Below, in pieces: positions 8,396 through 19,591 of a stretch of DNA of 43,403 bases. The translations under genes were made by a program, and so were the position numbers. Position 1 is the stretch's first letter. Every line of letters starts with the position of its first letter. The DNA comes from Bacteroidia bacterium (lineage in GTDB: Bacteria; Bacteroidota; Bacteroidia; Bacteroidales; CAJPTX01), in contig CAJPTV010000002.1 in the NCBI GenBank assembly GCA_905373665.1, positions 1 through 43,403 of the forward strand. The letters run 5' to 3'. Under the pieces are notes generated by a model. It saw only the letters and a list, made by a program, of their open reading frames with translations. It ran no database searches and was not told the DNA's origin.

Positions 8396-10018
8396 CTAGC
8401 AGTTTATTACTTCTTCTTCCCATTCCCCTACATTCCTCTTCTTCTCGTCAAAGCTAATGCCTACGAGGTGGATGGGACGCTTATCACCATTAAATTGCGC
8501 TAAGTAGCCACTCGCTTTCAACTGCGCGATGGCATCCTGTGGCGTCCCCGCAGTCATTACCTTAAATTCAAAAAGGTAGACGCGTTCAGGAGTAGTGATC
8601 ACCATATCTACGCGCCCTGTGGAGCAGACTACCTCGGTTTCTACTTGCATCCCCAAGACGTAGAAAAGCGCGTAAAGTACTGATTGGTAATAGTATTCCC
8701 GTAGGGGTTGTCCTTCTTCACCACTAGGGATATTCCCGTAGTAAATCTTGGTAAGCACTTTTTCTACCCATAGAAGTACTACGGATAAATCGCCAGAAAG
8801 AAGGGAACGAGTAATGTTTCCAACAGACTTAGAGATAAGCGATCCATCAGCAGCCGTGTAAAAAGGCAGCAAGTTCTTTAGGAAACAGTGGCGTACTTCT
8901 TCGTTAGGGAAGCCAAGGATGAAGTGATTAAGTTCTGGGTAATAGTCTTTAATAGTCAGATAACCAGACTGGAATAAAATAGGGATGGAGTCTGTACTCC
9001 CGTAACGGAAGTTTTGCATAGAGTCGCTGTCAATCTCTATTTCGTCATTAAGTTCAGGGATGGGGTAGACGTTTTGTAAAAGGGCTTTCACAACATATTC
9101 GGGAGTCGCTGTCTCGAACCAGTAGTATTCAAATTCTTTATAGGCAAGTACGCGCAGTAAACTAAATGGGTTGTAGACTTGCTCTCCTCTTCGTGAAAAA
9201 GAATAGCCATCGTATCTCTTTTTGAGGAGATGCCGTGTAGCATCTATTGAGTTTTTCTGCTTTGCTGCCAGCTGTTCTATTTCAGGCATAAAATTGTCGG
9301 AGAGCTCTTGTTCTGTGAAGCCACAGATGGCGGAATAGTCATCTAACAATGAGATGTCTATTAAGTTGTTGGCGCCACTAAAGAGGTTCGTCTTACTGAA
9401 CTTGGTGATCCCAGTGAGGATGGCGAAGCGGATGTAGCGATCGCAGTATTTAAGCACTTCGAAGAATGCACGAAGGAGGGAGCGGTTCGCCTCGTTGAGT
9501 TCGGGGTCTTGTAGTGTGAGCAGAAGAGGTTTGTCGTACTCGTCAATAAGGACAACGACTTGTTTGTGCGTTTTTTCGTAGAGGGTCTCTATGAGATAAA
9601 TAAATCGTTCTTCGGGAGCTTCCCCCTCACTTACGACTTGATACTCCGTTTCTAGCTTCTTTAGTTGTTTTAAAAGGTGGTTAGGTAATGCATCTTGGGT
9701 GATATAATTCCTCGCATTCAGATTGAGGTAAAGTACAGGGCTTTCCTCCCACGGTTCACATTTTTGTCTGCGCGCGATCTCCTCCTCGTGCTCTGCAATG
9801 TAAAGTCCGTCGAAAAGCGCTTTTTTCCCTTCGAAGTAGGATTGGAGGGTAGATAAAAAAAGGCTTTTCCCAAAGCGGTGTGGACGGCTTAGGAAGAAAA
9901 AGCGTCCGAGTTGGAGGAGTTTTTCGATGTACTGGGTTTTATCTACGTAGACATTCCCTGCATTACGTACTTGTTCAAAGCTTTGGGTGTCGATGGGTAA
10001 AATGCGTGGTATGTTCAT
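8396..10018 (-). CDS. AAA-ATPase-like domain protein with C-terminal PD-(D/E)XK nuclease-like domain (DUF1703/PDDEXK_9 type), paralog 1
   Basis: N-terminus IDTQSFEQVRNAGNVYVDKTQYIEKLL...FLSRPHRFGKSLFLSTL (P-loop-like) and Walker B-like VLIDEYDKPL. The C-terminus GRVDMVI...VYLFEFKV resembles D...ExK. It is AT-richer than its neighbours. Confidence 0.85.
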   Translation of the reverse strand: MNIPRILPIDTQSFEQVRNAGNVYVDKTQYIEKLLQLGRFFFLSRPHRFGKSLFLSTLQSYFEGKKALFDGLYIAEHEEEIARRQKCEPWEESPVLYLNLNARNYITQDALPNHLLKQLKKLETEYQVVSEGEAPEERFIYLIETLYEKTHKQVVVLIDEYDKPLLLTLQDPELNEANRSLLRAFFEVLKYCDRYIRFAILTGITKFSKTNLFSGANNLIDISLLDDYSAICGFTEQELSDNFMPEIEQLAAKQKNSIDATRHLLKKRYDGYSFSRRGEQVYNPFSLLRVLAYKEFEYYWFETATPEYVVKALLQNVYPIPELNDEIEIDSDSMQNFRYGSTDSIPILFQSGYLTIKDYYPELNHFILGFPNEEVRHCFLKNLLPFYTAADGSLISKSVGNITRSLLSGDLSVVLLWVEKVLTKIYYGNIPSGEEGQPLREYYYQSVLYALFYVLGMQVETEVVCSTGRVDMVITTPERVYLFEFKVMTAGTPQDAIAQLKASGYLAQFNGDKRPIHLVGISFDEKKRNVGEWEEEVINC

Positions 10019-10108
10019 TGCAACCTATTTTCGTTACCACGAAGGTAATGAAAAAGGGACTAGCCTCTTACCTTGTGAAGACATAAGATCTGTAGGCGAT
10101 ATGCAACT

Positions 10109-10185
10109 CTTCTCTTTGTCTTCTCTTTGTCTTCTCTTTGTCTTCTCTTTGTCTTCTCTTTGTCTTCTCTTTGTCTTCGGTTTGT
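10109..10185. repeat. Tandem 11-bp repeat CTTCTCTTTGT, six perfect units plus one variant (CTTCGGTTTGT)
   Basis: Counted directly. It lies in the 302-bp divergent intergenic region, 90 nt from the ATPase start (10018) and 135 nt from the glnS start (10321). Confidence 0.97.
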
Positions 10186-10300
10186 AAAAAGACAGGAAAA
10201 ACACGATCTACCTACGTTCTGTGAAAGGCGTGACCATAAGAGTGGTGACTTGCTCGCTAGCTTCGAAGCCGCGCTTCCCTAGCTTTACACAAAAGCGCCG

Positions 10301-10308
10301 TATATTTG
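10301..10308 (+). promoter_or_regulatory. Candidate -7 promoter box (TAnnTTTG) for glnS
   Basis: TATATTTG lies 12 nt upstream of ATG 10321. Confidence 0.4.
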
Positions 10309-10320
10309 TGAAGTAAAACT

Positions 10321-12015
<1,695 letters not shown>

Positions 12016-12036
12016 AGGGGGCGGAAGCTTTATTGT

Positions 12037-12903
12037 ATGCGCAAACCAGATTGGTTAAAAATCCGAATTGGCGGCGGGGACGTCTACGCTGGGGTCTCTC
12101 GTACGCTGGAGGAACGGGGACTGCATACCATCTGCTCTAGTGGACGCTGCCCGAATCAGGGGGAGTGTTGGGCGGCGGGTACGGCAACCTTTCTCCTGCT
12201 AGGCAATATCTGTACGCGCAGCTGTCGATTCTGTGCGACGCCTACGGGGCATCCGATGCCCCCCGATGCTGCAGAGCCAGAAAAGATAGCCCAGTCCGTC
12301 AAAATCTTACAATTGAAGCACGTGGTGCTTACCTCCGTGGATCGGGACGACTTGCCCGACGGAGGGGCAGCCCATTGGGTGCGTGTGGTAGAGGCGATCC
12401 GTGCGGCGATGCCCAAGACCTCGGTTGAGGTGCTCTTGCCAGACTTTATGGGAAAGGAAGGGGCGTTGGCGCAGGTACTCGCCTCTCGTCCCGACATTGT
12501 GGCACACAACATTGAAACGATAGAACGGATTACCCCGCACGTACGTTCGCGTGCGGCGTACCGTTATTCTTTGGAGGTGCTGAGGCAGATTGCTGATGCG
12601 GGGGCTGTTTGCAAGTCGGGGATTATGCTCGGGCTCGGGGAGACCCTTGCTGAGGTCGAACAGACGATGGTCGATCTCCGTAGCGTCGGGTGTGCTGTGC
12701 TTACGATAGGGCAGTATCTCCAGCCTCGGCGTACGCACATCCCCGTTGAGCGCTATGTGACCCCCGAGGAGTTTGACAGGTTGGGCGTTCGTGCACGGGA
12801 TCTAGGCTTCCGCTATGTAGAGTCAGGGCCGCTCGTCCGTTCCTCTTTTCATGCCGAGAAAGCCTTGGCTGCCTGTGGCATCTCTACGACACGCTCCGAA
12901 TAA
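12037..12903 (+). CDS. lipA: Lipoyl synthase
   Basis: Radical-SAM CTRSCRFC (Cx3Cx2C) plus the N-terminal auxiliary cluster motif CSSGRCPNQGEC. Confidence 0.95.
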   Translation: MRKPDWLKIRIGGGDVYAGVSRTLEERGLHTICSSGRCPNQGECWAAGTATFLLLGNICTRSCRFCATPTGHPMPPDAAEPEKIAQSVKILQLKHVVLTSVDRDDLPDGGAAHWVRVVEAIRAAMPKTSVEVLLPDFMGKEGALAQVLASRPDIVAHNIETIERITPHVRSRAAYRYSLEVLRQIADAGAVCKSGIMLGLGETLAEVEQTMVDLRSVGCAVLTIGQYLQPRRTHIPVERYVTPEEFDRLGVRARDLGFRYVESGPLVRSSFHAEKALAACGISTTRSE

Positions 12904-12916
12904 TTTATCTCACCAG

Positions 12917-13591
12917 ATGAAGATCCTTCTGCGTAGACTCGCTCGCGACTATTCGCGTGCCATGAAAGAGCAAGCCGATGCTTGTGAGCTTGTAGAATCA
13001 ATGGCAAGGGGCGGTACATCAGAACCCACAGGATATCTCTTTATCGGGGAGCACGACCCCGTCTATACCCTCGGGAAAAATGGGAATGCGAGTAACCTTC
13101 TGGTCACCGAAGGACGGGACGGCGTCCCCGCCCTCGTACGTACCGATCGGGGGGGCGATATCACCTATCACGGGCCGGGGCAAATCGTGATGTACCTCGT
13201 CGTACATCTCCCTTCGCTTGGGCTCGGAGCGCGTAAGTATGTAGAGCTGCTTGAGAAGGCGGTGATTGAGACGCTTCGAGAGTTCCGTATCGTGACAAGA
13301 ACCTTAGACGATGCCCCCGGGGTCTGGATACCCGCCACGCGTATGCGCCCTTTGCGTAAGATTTGCGCCCTCGGTATCCATATTAACCAAGGGGTTACCA
13401 CGCACGGGATTGCGCTCAATGTGATGACCGACATGGGTTACTTTGCCAAGATTAACCCCTGTGGCTTTACCGATCGTGACGCGACCTCGATGGAGCAAGA
13501 GCTCTACACACCCCTAGATTTTAGATTAGTCGAAAACACCCTTCTCCGCCATATTGCTAATACTCTTCACCTTTCCTATGCGACGCATTAG
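12917..13591 (+). CDS. lipB: Octanoyltransferase (lipoyl(octanoyl) transferase)
   Basis: RGGDITYHGPGQ, KICALG and NPCG motifs. ATG 12917 is preferred over the ORF-track start at 12851, which overlaps lipA. Confidence 0.88.
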   Translation: MKILLRRLARDYSRAMKEQADACELVESMARGGTSEPTGYLFIGEHDPVYTLGKNGNASNLLVTEGRDGVPALVRTDRGGDITYHGPGQIVMYLVVHLPSLGLGARKYVELLEKAVIETLREFRIVTRTLDDAPGVWIPATRMRPLRKICALGIHINQGVTTHGIALNVMTDMGYFAKINPCGFTDRDATSMEQELYTPLDFRLVENTLLRHIANTLHLSYATH

Positions 13592-13606
13592 CGTTTTAGA
13601 GATAGT

Positions 13607-15325
13607 ATGACGAAGGAGTGGATTTATAAAAAACGGCGTCCAGAGGATACGGAGCGCCGAGCTAAGCTTAGTGCGGCGTGTGCCCTTTCGCCACTCTTTG
13701 CACAACTCCTCCTAGATCGGGGGATTACCACGCCAGAGGAGGCTTCCAACTTCTTCGACCCGCAGCTGCAAGACCTGCACGACCCCTTCTTGATGAAGGA
13801 TATGGAGGCTGCCGTAAGGCGGCTTTCTTGTGCTATGGACAACGATGAGCGCGTGCTCGTCTATGGAGATTATGATGTGGATGGGACGGCAGCCGTCTCG
13901 CTCATCTACTCCTTCTTGGGGGAGCTGGGGGTTGATGTGGGGCTCTATATCCCTGACCGTTACCGCGAGGGGTATGGAATCTCAGAGCTCGGCGTACGCT
14001 TTGCTGCAGAGAATGACTATACGTTGGTTATAGCCCTCGACTGTGGGATAAAAGCCTACGAGCAGATCGAGCTGGCGTGCTCACTTGGGGTAGATTTCAT
14101 CATTTGCGACCACCATTTTGCCGACGAGGAGATCCCGCGTGCGGTGGCGGTCTTAGACCCTAAGCGCAACGACTGTACCTACCCTTGTAAGTATCTTTCT
14201 GGGACGGGCGTAGGGTTCAAGCTCTTGCAAGCGCTCTCGTTGCGCCGCGGTTACCCGATGCATAAGCTGCTCCAACATCTTGATTTGGTTGCGCTGAGCA
14301 TTGCGGCGGACTTGGTAGAGGTGCGCGGCGAGAACCGCATTTTAGCCACCCACGGTCTGCGCTGTCTGAACGAGACCCCCTCGCCTGGGATTAAGGCGCT
14401 TAAGCAGGTGGCAGGGCTCGGGGAACGGACGATCGAAATGCAGGATATCATCTTTCGCCTTGGTCCGCGAATTAACGCTGCGGGGCGGATGATGAACGGC
14501 AGTATCGCTGTAGAGCTCTTTACCTCGCCCGATGATGCGACGGCAGAGCTCTATGCGCAGATCATTAACCAGAGCAATATTAAGCGACAGGGGGTCGATC
14601 GACAGATGACGAGCGAGGCATCCAAGATGTCGATGGCGCATCTGGAGCAGGGCGATAGGATGTCGCTCGTCCTCTATAACCCGCAGTGGCACAAGGGGCT
14701 GTTAGGGGTTGTGGCGAGTCGTCTCGTGGATATGTTCTATCGACCCGTGGTGGTGCTTACCGAGACTAATGGGATTGTCTCGGGGTCGGCACGTTCCATC
14801 CCAGGGTTTGATATCTACGAAGTGGTCTCAGACTGCGCATCGTTGCTTGAGAGCTTTGGCGGTCATACCCAAGCCGTGGGCTTAACCCTCAAGCAAGAGA
14901 ATGTGGAAGCCTTTCGGCAACGATTTGAGGAGGTGGTGGCACACCGCATTACACTCAAACAAAAGCATCCTGTGATAGAGATAGATGCGCTATTATGCGG
15001 AGAGGAGCTCTCGCCCTCTTTTTTCAAAAAGATGATGACCTTCGAACCCTTCGGACCGATGAACCCAGCCCCTGTGTTTGCACTGAAGGGCGTATTGCCA
15101 GATGCTACGGCAAAGCTCTTTGGGCGAGGTAATGAGCACCTCAAGTTTATGGTTTCGTTGGGGGGTGATTGTCCGTCGTTTATGGCGCTTGCCTATCAGC
15201 AGGCAAAGCATCTTAAACTGGTGCAAGGAGAGCGCTTTGCCATTGTCTTTACTGTGGAGAACAATCACTATTTCTCACCCCCAGTGATCCAGTTTAACGT
15301 CAAAGACATCGTACAAGAAGCCTAA
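13607..15325 (+). CDS. recJ: Single-stranded-DNA-specific exonuclease RecJ
   Basis: DHH-family motifs YGDYDVDGT, ALDCG and ICDHH, followed by a DHHA1-like GGHTQAVG. Confidence 0.92.
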   Translation: MTKEWIYKKRRPEDTERRAKLSAACALSPLFAQLLLDRGITTPEEASNFFDPQLQDLHDPFLMKDMEAAVRRLSCAMDNDERVLVYGDYDVDGTAAVSLIYSFLGELGVDVGLYIPDRYREGYGISELGVRFAAENDYTLVIALDCGIKAYEQIELACSLGVDFIICDHHFADEEIPRAVAVLDPKRNDCTYPCKYLSGTGVGFKLLQALSLRRGYPMHKLLQHLDLVALSIAADLVEVRGENRILATHGLRCLNETPSPGIKALKQVAGLGERTIEMQDIIFRLGPRINAAGRMMNGSIAVELFTSPDDATAELYAQIINQSNIKRQGVDRQMTSEASKMSMAHLEQGDRMSLVLYNPQWHKGLLGVVASRLVDMFYRPVVVLTETNGIVSGSARSIPGFDIYEVVSDCASLLESFGGHTQAVGLTLKQENVEAFRQRFEEVVAHRITLKQKHPVIEIDALLCGEELSPSFFKKMMTFEPFGPMNPAPVFALKGVLPDATAKLFGRGNEHLKFMVSLGGDCPSFMALAYQQAKHLKLVQGERFAIVFTVENNHYFSPPVIQFNVKDIVQEA

Positions 15326-15523
15326 CGCCGTTTCTTGGCAAAATAATTATCTACAATAGGAAACAGGGACTAACCCCACTGTAGGCAGAGGTGTGGGAAA
15401 GTTATGAACATATAAACAATACACCTTGGGGGCTCTTCTTACCGTGCTTGATAGACGAATCTCTACCTTTGTCAAAGGCTTGGGTATCCAGTGGCGGTGC
15501 TCGGGTGTAAAATTTGAACGAGA

Positions 15524-16321
15524 ATGGCGAAAGTAATTCCAATCGCAAACCAAAAAGGGGGCGTCGGCAAGACTACGACAGCTATCAACCTTGCAGCGTG
15601 TTTAGCGGTTGAGGGGAAGAAGGTTCTCTTGATTGATGCAGACCCGCAGGCGAACTCCACCTCAGGGTTGGGTATCCTTGGAGCTGAGCGGCGGGGGATT
15701 TACGATTGCATAGTAAACCAGATCGATCCGCACGAGGTCATCATCCACACCGAGCTCCCGTTGCTCGACCTCATTCCTTCGCACGTCGACTTGGCGGGGG
15801 CGGAGGTCGAGATTGTCAATGAGCCTAAGCGTGAGACGATCTTGCGTCGGGTTATTGAGCCTCTGTGTCCGGAATACGAATATATCTTCATCGACTGTTC
15901 GCCCTCCTTGGGGCTTGTCACCCTGAACGCCCTGACGGCGGCGGACTCGGTGATTATCCCCGTACAGTGTGAGTATTTTGCGCTTGAGGGGATTGGTAAG
16001 CTGCTGCACACGATCCAGCTGACTCAGTCGCGTTTTGCTCCTAATATCAAGATAGAGGGTTTCCTCTTTACGATGTACGACGCGCGTATCAACCTTGCGA
16101 ACCATGTCGTGAGGGAGGTAAAGGAGCACTTCGGGGCGATGGTCTTTGAGACGATGATTGTCCGCAATGTGAAGCTCAGTGAGGCGCCTAGCCACGGCAA
16201 GCCAGTTATCCTCTTTGACCCGACGTCGGCAGGGGCACAGTGTTATACCAATTTGGCGCGCGAGCTCATTGCCCGCAATGAGGCGCTGGCGCAGACCGAG
16301 CAATCCAAGCAGGAGGAATAG
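15524..16321 (+). CDS. parA: Chromosome-partitioning ATPase ParA/Soj
   Basis: Deviant Walker A NQKGGVGKTT, 265 aa, immediately upstream of parB. Confidence 0.92.
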   Translation: MAKVIPIANQKGGVGKTTTAINLAACLAVEGKKVLLIDADPQANSTSGLGILGAERRGIYDCIVNQIDPHEVIIHTELPLLDLIPSHVDLAGAEVEIVNEPKRETILRRVIEPLCPEYEYIFIDCSPSLGLVTLNALTAADSVIIPVQCEYFALEGIGKLLHTIQLTQSRFAPNIKIEGFLFTMYDARINLANHVVREVKEHFGAMVFETMIVRNVKLSEAPSHGKPVILFDPTSAGAQCYTNLARELIARNEALAQTEQSKQEE

Positions 16322-16324
16322 TGG

Positions 16325-17284
16325 ATGGCGAAGAAGCTCAGTGGTCTAGGACGCGGACTCGACGCTCTTTTGGGTGAAGATATCAGGGTATCGAACGGTA
16401 ACCTCGTGCCTCCTACGAATGATTATCGGGGCGGGGAGCGTGTCGATGCTGATGGGCAACAGCCGTTGGTCGCTGTCCAAGAGATCCCACTCTCGCTTAT
16501 TGACGTCAATCCCTTCCAGCCGCGTGAGACCTTTGACGAGGAGGAGCTCCGTAACCTCTCAGACTCCATTGCGAAGATTGGGATTATACAGCCCATTACC
16601 CTTCGTGCGACGGGGGATCGTTACCAGATAATCTCTGGCGAGCGCCGTTTCCGTGCCTCCCGCATGGCAGGGCTTACGACCATCCCCGCTTATATCCGTG
16701 ATGCGGACGAGCAGGGGATGATTGAGATGGCGCTTGTGGAGAACTTGCAGCGTTCGGATCTCAATGCGATAGAGGTGGCGCTGAGCTTTCAGCGTCTGTT
16801 AGATGAGTGCCATATCCCACAAGAGGAGCTTGCGCCGCGTGTGGGTAAGAACCGTTCGACGATTTCAAACTATATGCGCCTTCTCAAACTCCCCGCCGAG
16901 GTGCAGTATAATATTCGTGCGAAGAACCTTTCGATGGGGCATGCGCGTGCCCTGCTGGGGCTAGAAGACGAGCAGCTGCAACTGCAGCTCATGCGACGTA
17001 TTCTTGACGAGGGGCTCTCTGTGCGCCGCTGTGAAGAGCTGGTGCGCGACCTGACCCAAGGGGCAGAAACGGAAGCAACCCTCGCAGACGAAATGAACCC
17101 AGAGGCGACTCCTACACCGCAAGCATTGCGCTACGTAGAGGAGATGCAGTCTGCCCTAGAGCAGCGTCTGGGTTGGGGGGTAAAAGTCAATGGTAATGAA
17201 AAGGGGAGTGGTAAGATCGTTATCACCTTCCGTACCGAGGGCGAACGTAAGGAGCTTATGCGGAAGCTCTTGCAAGAGGAGTAG
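16325..17284 (+). CDS. parB: Chromosome-partitioning protein ParB/Spo0J
   Basis: N-terminus GLGRGLDALL, ParB box GERRFRAS, and an HTH region. Confidence 0.92.
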   Translation: MAKKLSGLGRGLDALLGEDIRVSNGNLVPPTNDYRGGERVDADGQQPLVAVQEIPLSLIDVNPFQPRETFDEEELRNLSDSIAKIGIIQPITLRATGDRYQIISGERRFRASRMAGLTTIPAYIRDADEQGMIEMALVENLQRSDLNAIEVALSFQRLLDECHIPQEELAPRVGKNRSTISNYMRLLKLPAEVQYNIRAKNLSMGHARALLGLEDEQLQLQLMRRILDEGLSVRRCEELVRDLTQGAETEATLADEMNPEATPTPQALRYVEEMQSALEQRLGWGVKVNGNEKGSGKIVITFRTEGERKELMRKLLQEE

Positions 17285-17297
17285 GAGTATCCCTCAG

Positions 17298-18272
17298 GTG
17301 AAACACATCCTGTTGTTTGTCTTTCTCTTACCGCTTGCCCTCCTCAGCAAGGCGCAGGACTCTGTGCGGTTAATAGCACCGCAGGAGATGGAGCGTCTTG
17401 CAGATTCGCTCGCGGTGCTCACGCCTGAGGCAGCTATAGCATCGTCGTCTGATGAGCTCCGTCCCTTAAACCCAAGTCTACAAACAACCCCCTTCCGCCG
17501 TTTCTGTGACACACTCTCGATGTCGTGGACGGCGCTTTCGGCGTTGGTGCTCCCAGGGGCGGGACAGGTGATTAACGGCGACTATTGGAAGCTTCCCCTT
17601 GTCTGGGGCTCTATTGGTGGTTTTACTTACGGGGGCGTATATTTTAACCGACGTCTCAATGCGCTTAGCAATGAGCCCTTGCTTACGGATGCGGCGTTGC
17701 GTCTCGAGCAAGAGAGTCGGTTGACAGAGACGCGTTATCTGCGCAATGGGTGTTTTGCCGCGGCGGCAGTGAGTTACTCCTTCTCTGTAGCGGATGCGCT
17801 GATTTCGCATAGCCGTGGGTATATCTCTCCCACCGCTGCGCTCTTTTCTAGTGCACTGTTGCCTGGGCTGGGGCAGCTCTATACGGAGATGTATTGGAAG
17901 ATCCCCGTCATTTACGGCGCAGGGGTCTTTCTCGTCTCGCAGTTTATGCGAATGGATCAGCTTTACCGACGTTTTGATAAGGCGCTGACCTATCTTGTCG
18001 ATGAGCGTCCAGAGACCATTGACGAATTTGAAGGGAAGCGTTCGCGTCAAGATATTGAGTACTTTCGTGACTACTATCGCCGCAACCGCGACCTCTCTTT
18101 GCTGGGGATTTCCTTACTTTACTTCCTGAATGTGGTCGATGCCTACGTCGGTGCACATCTCTATTACTGGAATGTGGATTCCAATCTTGCCATGCGTGTC
18201 TATCCCTCATTCGCTCCGCAGTGGGGCGGACAAAACGGTGTGTTAGCGCTCAATCTTAACCTGTCCTTTTAA
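17298..18272 (+). CDS. DUF5683-like protein (duplicated LPGxGQ..YWK motif), signal peptide
   Basis: Two copies of the motif are present: LPGAGQVINGDYWKLPLVWG and LPGLGQLYTEMYWKIPVIYG. GTG 17298 gives the signal-like N-terminus VKHILLFVFLLPLALLSKAQ. The 17190 start would overlap parB by 95 nt. Confidence 0.65.
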   Translation: MKHILLFVFLLPLALLSKAQDSVRLIAPQEMERLADSLAVLTPEAAIASSSDELRPLNPSLQTTPFRRFCDTLSMSWTALSALVLPGAGQVINGDYWKLPLVWGSIGGFTYGGVYFNRRLNALSNEPLLTDAALRLEQESRLTETRYLRNGCFAAAAVSYSFSVADALISHSRGYISPTAALFSSALLPGLGQLYTEMYWKIPVIYGAGVFLVSQFMRMDQLYRRFDKALTYLVDERPETIDEFEGKRSRQDIEYFRDYYRRNRDLSLLGISLLYFLNVVDAYVGAHLYYWNVDSNLAMRVYPSFAPQWGGQNGVLALNLNLSF

Positions 18273-18286
18273 CCAGAGAAACGAAC

Positions 18287-19561
18287 ATGCGGAAAACGAC
18301 ATTACTCTTCGCTCTTCTTGCCAGTGCCGCTGTTGCCGTGGCAGCCCCGCGTACAGAGCCCGATTCTAAGGACTCTATGCACGTAGAGTACTTGGAGAAC
18401 CTAGACAAGATGCTCAACCTGTGGTACATTCGTCAGAATGTAGACAGCACGGTGCTCACCGAGACGTTTGACTACGACAGTGCGAGCATCATCCCCGAGT
18501 GTCCTGATTCGGTCTACTTGGCGCGTCTTGCCAAGATGAACACTCTGATAGAGCTCCCCTTTAACAGCGTAGTGCGTAACTACATCAGCGTCTATACCCA
18601 ACGCAAGCGTTCGCAGGTGGGGGTGATGCTCGGGCTTACGGACTACTATTTCCCCATCTTTGAGGAGATACTCGACTCGTACCAGTTGCCCATCGAGTTA
18701 CGTATTTTGCCCGTGATCGAGTCGGCGCTTAATCCGCGGGCAGTGTCGCGGGTGGGTGCTACGGGGCTCTGGCAGTTTATGTACAACACGGGGCGGCGTT
18801 ACAACCTTCAAATAGATTCGTACGTGGATGCGCGACGCGACCCCATTGCGGCAACCCATGCGGCAGCACGCTATCTCCGCGACCTTTACGAAATGTACGG
18901 CGACTGGACGCTCGTTATCGCAGCCTACAACTGCGGACCAGGGAATGTGAACAAGGCTATCCGTCGTGCGGGTGGAAAGCGCGACTATTGGGATATCTAC
19001 TATTTCCTCCCCCGTGAGACGCGGGGCTACGTCCCAGCCTTTATCGCTGCGAACTATGCGATGAACTATGCTGCCGAGCACCACATTACCCCCGTACAGC
19101 TGACCTTGCCTCAAACCACGGACACGATCGTCGTAAGTGGGCGGATGCACCTGCAACAGGTAGCTGAGGTACTCAATGTGCCGCTCCAACAGTTGCGCGA
19201 CCTTAATCCGCAATACAAGCACGACTTGTTGCCGTCGACGACCGCGAATATCATCCGCTTGCCCTTCGAGCACGTAGGGGCGTTTATCGACCGCGAGTCG
19301 GAGATACGGAGCTATAAGGATTCGGTCTTCCTCTCTCCGCAGCGTATCCGCGAACCGTTGCGTCATAAGGATGTGGACTTTGCAGCCATCCCAGGCGATG
19401 GGAGTGCCGTGCGCTACAAGGTGCGTCGTGGCGATGTCCTTGGGTCGATTGCAGCGCGCTATAAGGTGACGGTGCAGCAGCTTAAGTCGTGGAACGGCAT
19501 CTCTGGGCACATGATCCGCGAGGGGCAAACACTGCTCATTTACGGCAAGTCGCGTAGCTAG
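18287..19561 (+). CDS. Lytic murein transglycosylase (MltD-like SLT domain) with C-terminal LysM
   Basis: ESALNPRAVSRVGATGLWQFM and AAYNCGPGNV (SLT). LysM-like YKVRRGDVLGSIAARYKVTVQQLKSWNG. A signal peptide is present. Confidence 0.85.
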   Translation: MRKTTLLFALLASAAVAVAAPRTEPDSKDSMHVEYLENLDKMLNLWYIRQNVDSTVLTETFDYDSASIIPECPDSVYLARLAKMNTLIELPFNSVVRNYISVYTQRKRSQVGVMLGLTDYYFPIFEEILDSYQLPIELRILPVIESALNPRAVSRVGATGLWQFMYNTGRRYNLQIDSYVDARRDPIAATHAAARYLRDLYEMYGDWTLVIAAYNCGPGNVNKAIRRAGGKRDYWDIYYFLPRETRGYVPAFIAANYAMNYAAEHHITPVQLTLPQTTDTIVVSGRMHLQQVAEVLNVPLQQLRDLNPQYKHDLLPSTTANIIRLPFEHVGAFIDRESEIRSYKDSVFLSPQRIREPLRHKDVDFAAIPGDGSAVRYKVRRGDVLGSIAARYKVTVQQLKSWNGISGHMIREGQTLLIYGKSRS

Positions 19562-19591
19562 CCTAGGAGCTTTCTTTATTCAACATCATTG

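Noticed and set aside
9987-10187. 66-aa plus-strand ORF running through the 11-bp repeat array
   Set aside because: It is low-complexity repeat-derived sequence (LFSLSSLCLLFVF twice). It overlaps the ATPase start and has no recognisable promoter or motif, so it is probably an artefact.
12851-12916. Upstream extensions of ORF-track gene models (12851 for lipB, 17190 for the DUF5683 gene, 21126 for the second SGNH gene)
   Set aside because: Each extension overlaps the preceding gene by tens of nucleotides and adds non-homologous residues ahead of an obvious signal peptide or conserved N-terminus. The downstream starts at 12917, 17298 and 21204 were preferred.
15466-15478. 13-bp perfect palindrome CCTTTGTCAAAGG upstream of parA as an operator
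   Set aside because: A 6+1+6 palindrome is expected about ten times by chance in a window this size, and there is no supporting second copy.
17290-17305. parS-like site immediately after parB (TCCCTCAGGTGAAACA)
   Set aside because: Only 12 of 16 positions match the TGTTTCACGTGAAACA consensus. One half-site is perfect and the other is largely lost. It also overlaps the GTG start region of the next gene. I found no better parS candidate by eye.
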